A DNA stretch of 53,806 bases, the filler included, from Sphacelaria rigidula (taxonomy: Eukaryota), in the NCBI GenBank assembly GCA_964200075.2. It is 3 parts of 3 records of this genome, joined end to end, with 100 filler letters (N's around TTAATTAATTAA, not from the genome) between each part and the next. Parts side by side here need not be neighbours in the genome. Positions count along the whole stretch, not along the records: positions 35,941 to 53,806 come from CAXNAA020000975.1; 2 more parts are not named here. One strand, given 5' to 3'. Below, piece after piece: positions 49,912-53,806 of the stretch. Numbering within the stretch: the first letter of the stretch is position 1; each line of letters opens with the position of its first letter. Position numbers and translations under genes: made by a program. A model generated the notes under the pieces. That model saw only the letters and a list, made by a program, of their open reading frames with translations. It did no database searches and was not told where the DNA came from.

Positions 49912-50515
49912 CAAGTCTGAAGCCACCGAGGCGCTCCGACAAATTGTAGCCTTGACGTGGTTACCACCCCACGTGTTTGCGTTGCATTCTCCAAGAGTTA
50001 GGAGCGCTACATGTTGCGCGCCAGGCGAGTCAGAGTGAGGGGGGATGCGCTAGGAAGAAGGTCGTAACCATGGCATGGATGAACACTGGGTTTCCGAAAC
50101 CTTCGTGCAACCTCGACATGCCGTAAGACAACCGGGCCAAGGAACCCAATGGGGAAGTATATTATGTGTGCTTCAATGGTATATTTGGAGAGCGTTCAAT
50201 CGTCGTCATAGTGCGGGAGAAAGACTTTTGGTATCAGTCTTCTTTTCAAACGGGGGGCAGGCAGACCCACGTGGCCGGCTTGGTGCTGCATGCTCTTGCA
50301 AATTTCGCTGCGTTTTCATACGTTTTCTGTGTCACGTTGGTATCGGCGTCAAGTCTGAGGCCACCGAGCGAGACGCTCCGACAAATTGTAGCCTTCGCGG
50401 GATTACCACCCCACGAGTTTGCGTTGCATTCTCTAAGAATCAGGGGCGCCACCTGTTTCGCGGTAGGACATGCATCGCCTATCGTATTGCAGAGTGAGGG
50501 GGGATGCGCTATGAA
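49912..50515 (+). pseudogene. Tyrosine recombinase C-terminal fragments (two copies), DIRS/Ngaro type
   Basis: LRQIVAFAGLPPHEFALHSLRIRGAT..G....LQSEG (HSLR at 50427); duplicate HSPRVRSAT at 49985 followed by RNHGMDEHWVS...RQPGQGTQWG. Confidence 0.75.
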
Positions 50516-50969
50516 GCAGATTTGGACCAAAAGCGTCGATGTTTTCTTCAAGCTGGAGTTTTTTAGACCATAAATGGCTGTATACATGCAACACACTCAC
50601 GTTGAGGCGATAACCCCATCAGTTTTCCTTACAGCGTAGGCGTCCGATCAGTGAGGCCGTCAGCAAGAACAAAACAAAATGCAGCTTACCGCGCGGTGCT
50701 TTTTTCTCAGGCCCTTCTTCGTTTCTTAGCTTCGATTTCTCGGAGTTCGATGAACTGTGACGTTGCAGTTTTTTCGTTTCTTTGTCTCTTTCTCGCTGCC
50801 GCGGTTCGGTGAATCTTGGAGCTAAATTTTATTGTCTCTGTCCTGGCCGTCTATTTTAGCGTCACAGTGTTCCGTTTGAAAGGGTAAAAAAATGCGCGAA
50901 CGGACGGGTCAAACATTACGCCCTTGCCGGATCTTCCATCTTCTACTCATCACATACAACATAATTTCA

Positions 50970-51440
50970 TAACCGATACAGATATCCAATCTTCGGCTCA
51001 ACCTCTTGGTAGTAGTCATTGCCTTTACCATCTCCCAAATTAAATGACTTCCTTTCCACGCCTATCGTGGAGGACGGGACCGCCGATAGGCGGCCCCGTC
51101 CGATCCTTGTGTATATTATCCACGCATGCAGGTGTCCTGCGTTTAGTTCGAAAGCCACAGTCATCACCTGAAAGGAAGCAGTGAGGAGCGTGTAATCATC
51201 ACCTTTGATAGCTCGTAGGGATACTATTGTGGTGAATTGAAGATGCTCTTACCTCGGGATTTCGTGCCGTATGTGACGCTCGGACTGCCCCGGACAGCGT
51301 CTCAGCAGACGCCCAGACGTTACATCCCATGAGTTGGCCCTGGGGATCCTCCACATCTACCGCGAGTGTATGTTCAGGAGGGTCGGTTGGGAGGTTGAAC
51401 ACAAACGCTTCTGATCGAGCGTGTCATCTACCCTGCCGTT
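50970..51440 (-). pseudogene. Possible family-16 (METTL21-like) methyltransferase pseudogene
   Basis: VEDPQGQLMGCNVWASAETLS, then after an intron-like gap RGKEVI*(frameshift)LGDGKG resembling SAM-binding motif I (GKxVxELGxGxG). Confidence 0.35.
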
Positions 51441-52854
51441 CTCATGTTGTCGCCTCCTGTGGCGACGGAGGTGTATATGTTCTCTGTCGTATGTAGCGGT
51501 CGCGGCGTGCTATCGTGATTCTGCAGTGCCATTGAAGTTGATCAGTTGAAATCAATGTCCGTGTCAACCCCGGAAATCTCGATCCACGTCCAACGTTATT
51601 TAATTCTGGGTGTCAGATCCCTCACTTGCCCTCCTTCTCCTGCCAGGGACACTGAGTGCGAGTTGCACATTCATTAGTGTACAACGTGACCCCTCGATTT
51701 ATTACGACCCTGCTTGCAGGAAGTGATGTAGATACGTCTTCATCACATTGCTACATGCGCACTTGTACTATACACAGCGTTTCCTTCTTGCTGTGGACGC
51801 ACTTCAGCACGAAGCTACAGAGCGCGACAGATGTTAAGAATCTCTTACTTGGCACGAGGATCGGCATCTTATTTTGTCTTCGATGTCAGCAGAAATGCTT
51901 AAATCCAAATTCCTATTGTTCGAAGACGTGCAGCACGCCAAATGCCTCATTTTGAAATTGTTATTTTGCACAGGCATCCAGTACAACATTTTTTTCCTCG
52001 AGCGCTTGTCATTAATCTTGTTTAGCAAATTGCACCCATCACTCATATTTCACCCGATTTTCAGTACATGACAAAGTTCTCCAGGACTGCAGGGATGGAA
52101 GTTCATGTTGCCCACCTCCCACGACTGCACAACTGATGTAGCGCTATACTACTGTGGCCACAGAACAGCCACTCAATCGACATGGTCTATATTACGCACA
52201 TTGGGCGTCAGTAATATTCCCCTGCTACTGACTGCGGGGTTTTCCGACCAGTTTCTGAATCTCCGCGCTGGCTGCTTTGCCCCCCCCCCCTCCGACCGCA
52301 CTCCTCCTCTGCTGTTTGCTAGTACCCTCTTGTAAAACCTACGTATCCACCGGTGCGCTTGCTTCTGTTCTGTATGTAGCTAACGGTAGCTTCTTGCTAC
52401 GCACGCTCTGATCTTCAAGATGCACACGGTAGTCGTACACTTCTTCGGTGCACTCCTGGCTCTTGCGAGTGATGAGGCCACCAAACCACCCCATGCTCAA
52501 TCTCAACAACACTCGGCTTTTTACTATGGAACTGTCTACTGTACGAGCTTTGTCACAGATTGTCGTTTTCCATGGGGTTTCCCTGTAGAGATCAATGTTA
52601 TTTGCCAGTTTAGGAGAGGAGGCAGCTTGCTTAGGGGCCTGATGTAGCTACGGTGGTTGTGGAGGCAGTTTCTTATTATTCTGAGGTGTAGCGCATTCTT
52701 ACATATTCTTACCTCCCGACCCCATTGCACTTCCCGATTTCTAATTATTATTTTCCCCTTGAGTTTAGCACAAGTTCTTACCCGTATATTTTTAATTTTT
52801 TCAAAAACCAACCTGAGGTTCTTGATGAAATTTTCGACATCTAATCTGTCGCGC

Positions 52855-53075
52855 TCTGTACTACTATATACTTCGCCGACAGCACGATGCTCTGTACTGC
52901 ACTGACGTTTACTATACTGTACTATACTGTACTGCTTTGCACTGTACTGTACTGTACTGTGCTTCACTGTACTGCACTGCACTACACTGTGCTGTACTAT
53001 GCTGTGCTAAATTGTACTGAGCTGTGCTACGCTGTGGTGTGCTTATCGAGCTGGTATGTGCTGTTTGTACAGTAC
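52855..53075. repeat. Degenerate pentamer minisatellite (CTGTA)n
   Basis: Run of CTGTA/CTATA/CTGCA/CTGTG units; a shorter reverse-oriented run at ~49525-49572. Confidence 0.85.
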
Positions 53076-53806
53076 ACGGCAGTCCAGAGGGCCCATGTAC
53101 CGCTGCGGAGAAAAAATATAAACTTTTCAAACTTCTGTCACGTCGTTTCATCTTCGGCATAGATGAATTTCAATTCAACCTTTTGCTATGAAGAGACTTA
53201 TCTATCTAGGTGGTGAAAACGCCCTCCGTGTCTCTGGCGGTAGCGTCATGCGAGCGCGGTGCTCTGCCATGACACCGGAGGTCGGGTTCGACGGGGGGGG
53301 GTGGTGTTCACCCTAGGCTGCACGTATTCTGCAAATACTCGTTGCAGACAGCACTGTTATCGGTGCAACTTACGAGAAGAGCTACATGTTTATACAACAA
53401 CACACCTTGATGGTCTTCGAGCCAACTCCTTCCACGTGGGCAATGCTTTCAGGTCCGCAGATGCATGCACAGAGTGTGCGGGTCCTCGAGGCGAAATCGA
53501 GCTACTTCCCCTCATCCACCGGTATTTGCAGAGGCGTCCATTTCGCTTAAAAAAAAAAAAATCCCGGCGAAACACTGTCCTTTTCAAGAATATGGAGGCG
53601 GTATTTTTGGAGACTATGTGCTCAAACACAGCACACCTGGCATCTGATGATACTGCAACTTGACGTATGTGCGGCTTGAAGCCACAGGTAGGTGTTGACG
53701 CCAAGAGGTCTTACATACTCGAATACGTTACGCAACCCCCCCCCACCCCCACCCCACCACACGTACACGACCACAACAACAAATGCCAGACAAAGAAAGG
53801 GAAAAA

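Noticed and set aside
52887..53162. ORFs with YCTVL/QYSTV repeats
   Set aside because: Translation of the pentamer minisatellite.

Overview
Eukaryotic, transposon-dominated DNA. The LRR exon style, Ngaro-type recombinase relics and TE repertoire suggest a brown alga (Ectocarpus-like); this is an inference. The window is not one locus: it is three unrelated ~17.9-kb contigs (1-17874, 17975-35840, 35941-53806) joined by artificial N44-TTAATTAATTAA-N44 linkers. Contig 1 holds nested MITEs/DNA-transposon relics, a tRNA-derived SINE and a minus-strand Ty3/Gypsy element (3' LTR, PPT, gag with a CCCH finger, protease, integrase, chromodomain-like tail) lacking RT and RNase H. Contig 2 holds the first two exons of an LRR gene (N-cap exon plus an exact 72-nt phase-1 LRR exon with a GC donor), many MITEs and a second degenerate Ty3/Gypsy element missing its RT core. 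Contig 3 holds a hAT-type element built from 41-bp tandem repeats, a full-length SINE with TSD, DIRS/Ngaro tyrosine-recombinase remnants and probable pseudogene fragments. No CRISPR, rRNA or intact tRNA is supportable. I found no clear-cut novel system; the best leads are the RT-less CCCH-Gag element, the SINE family, the modular LRR exon and the satellite-bearing hAT elements.
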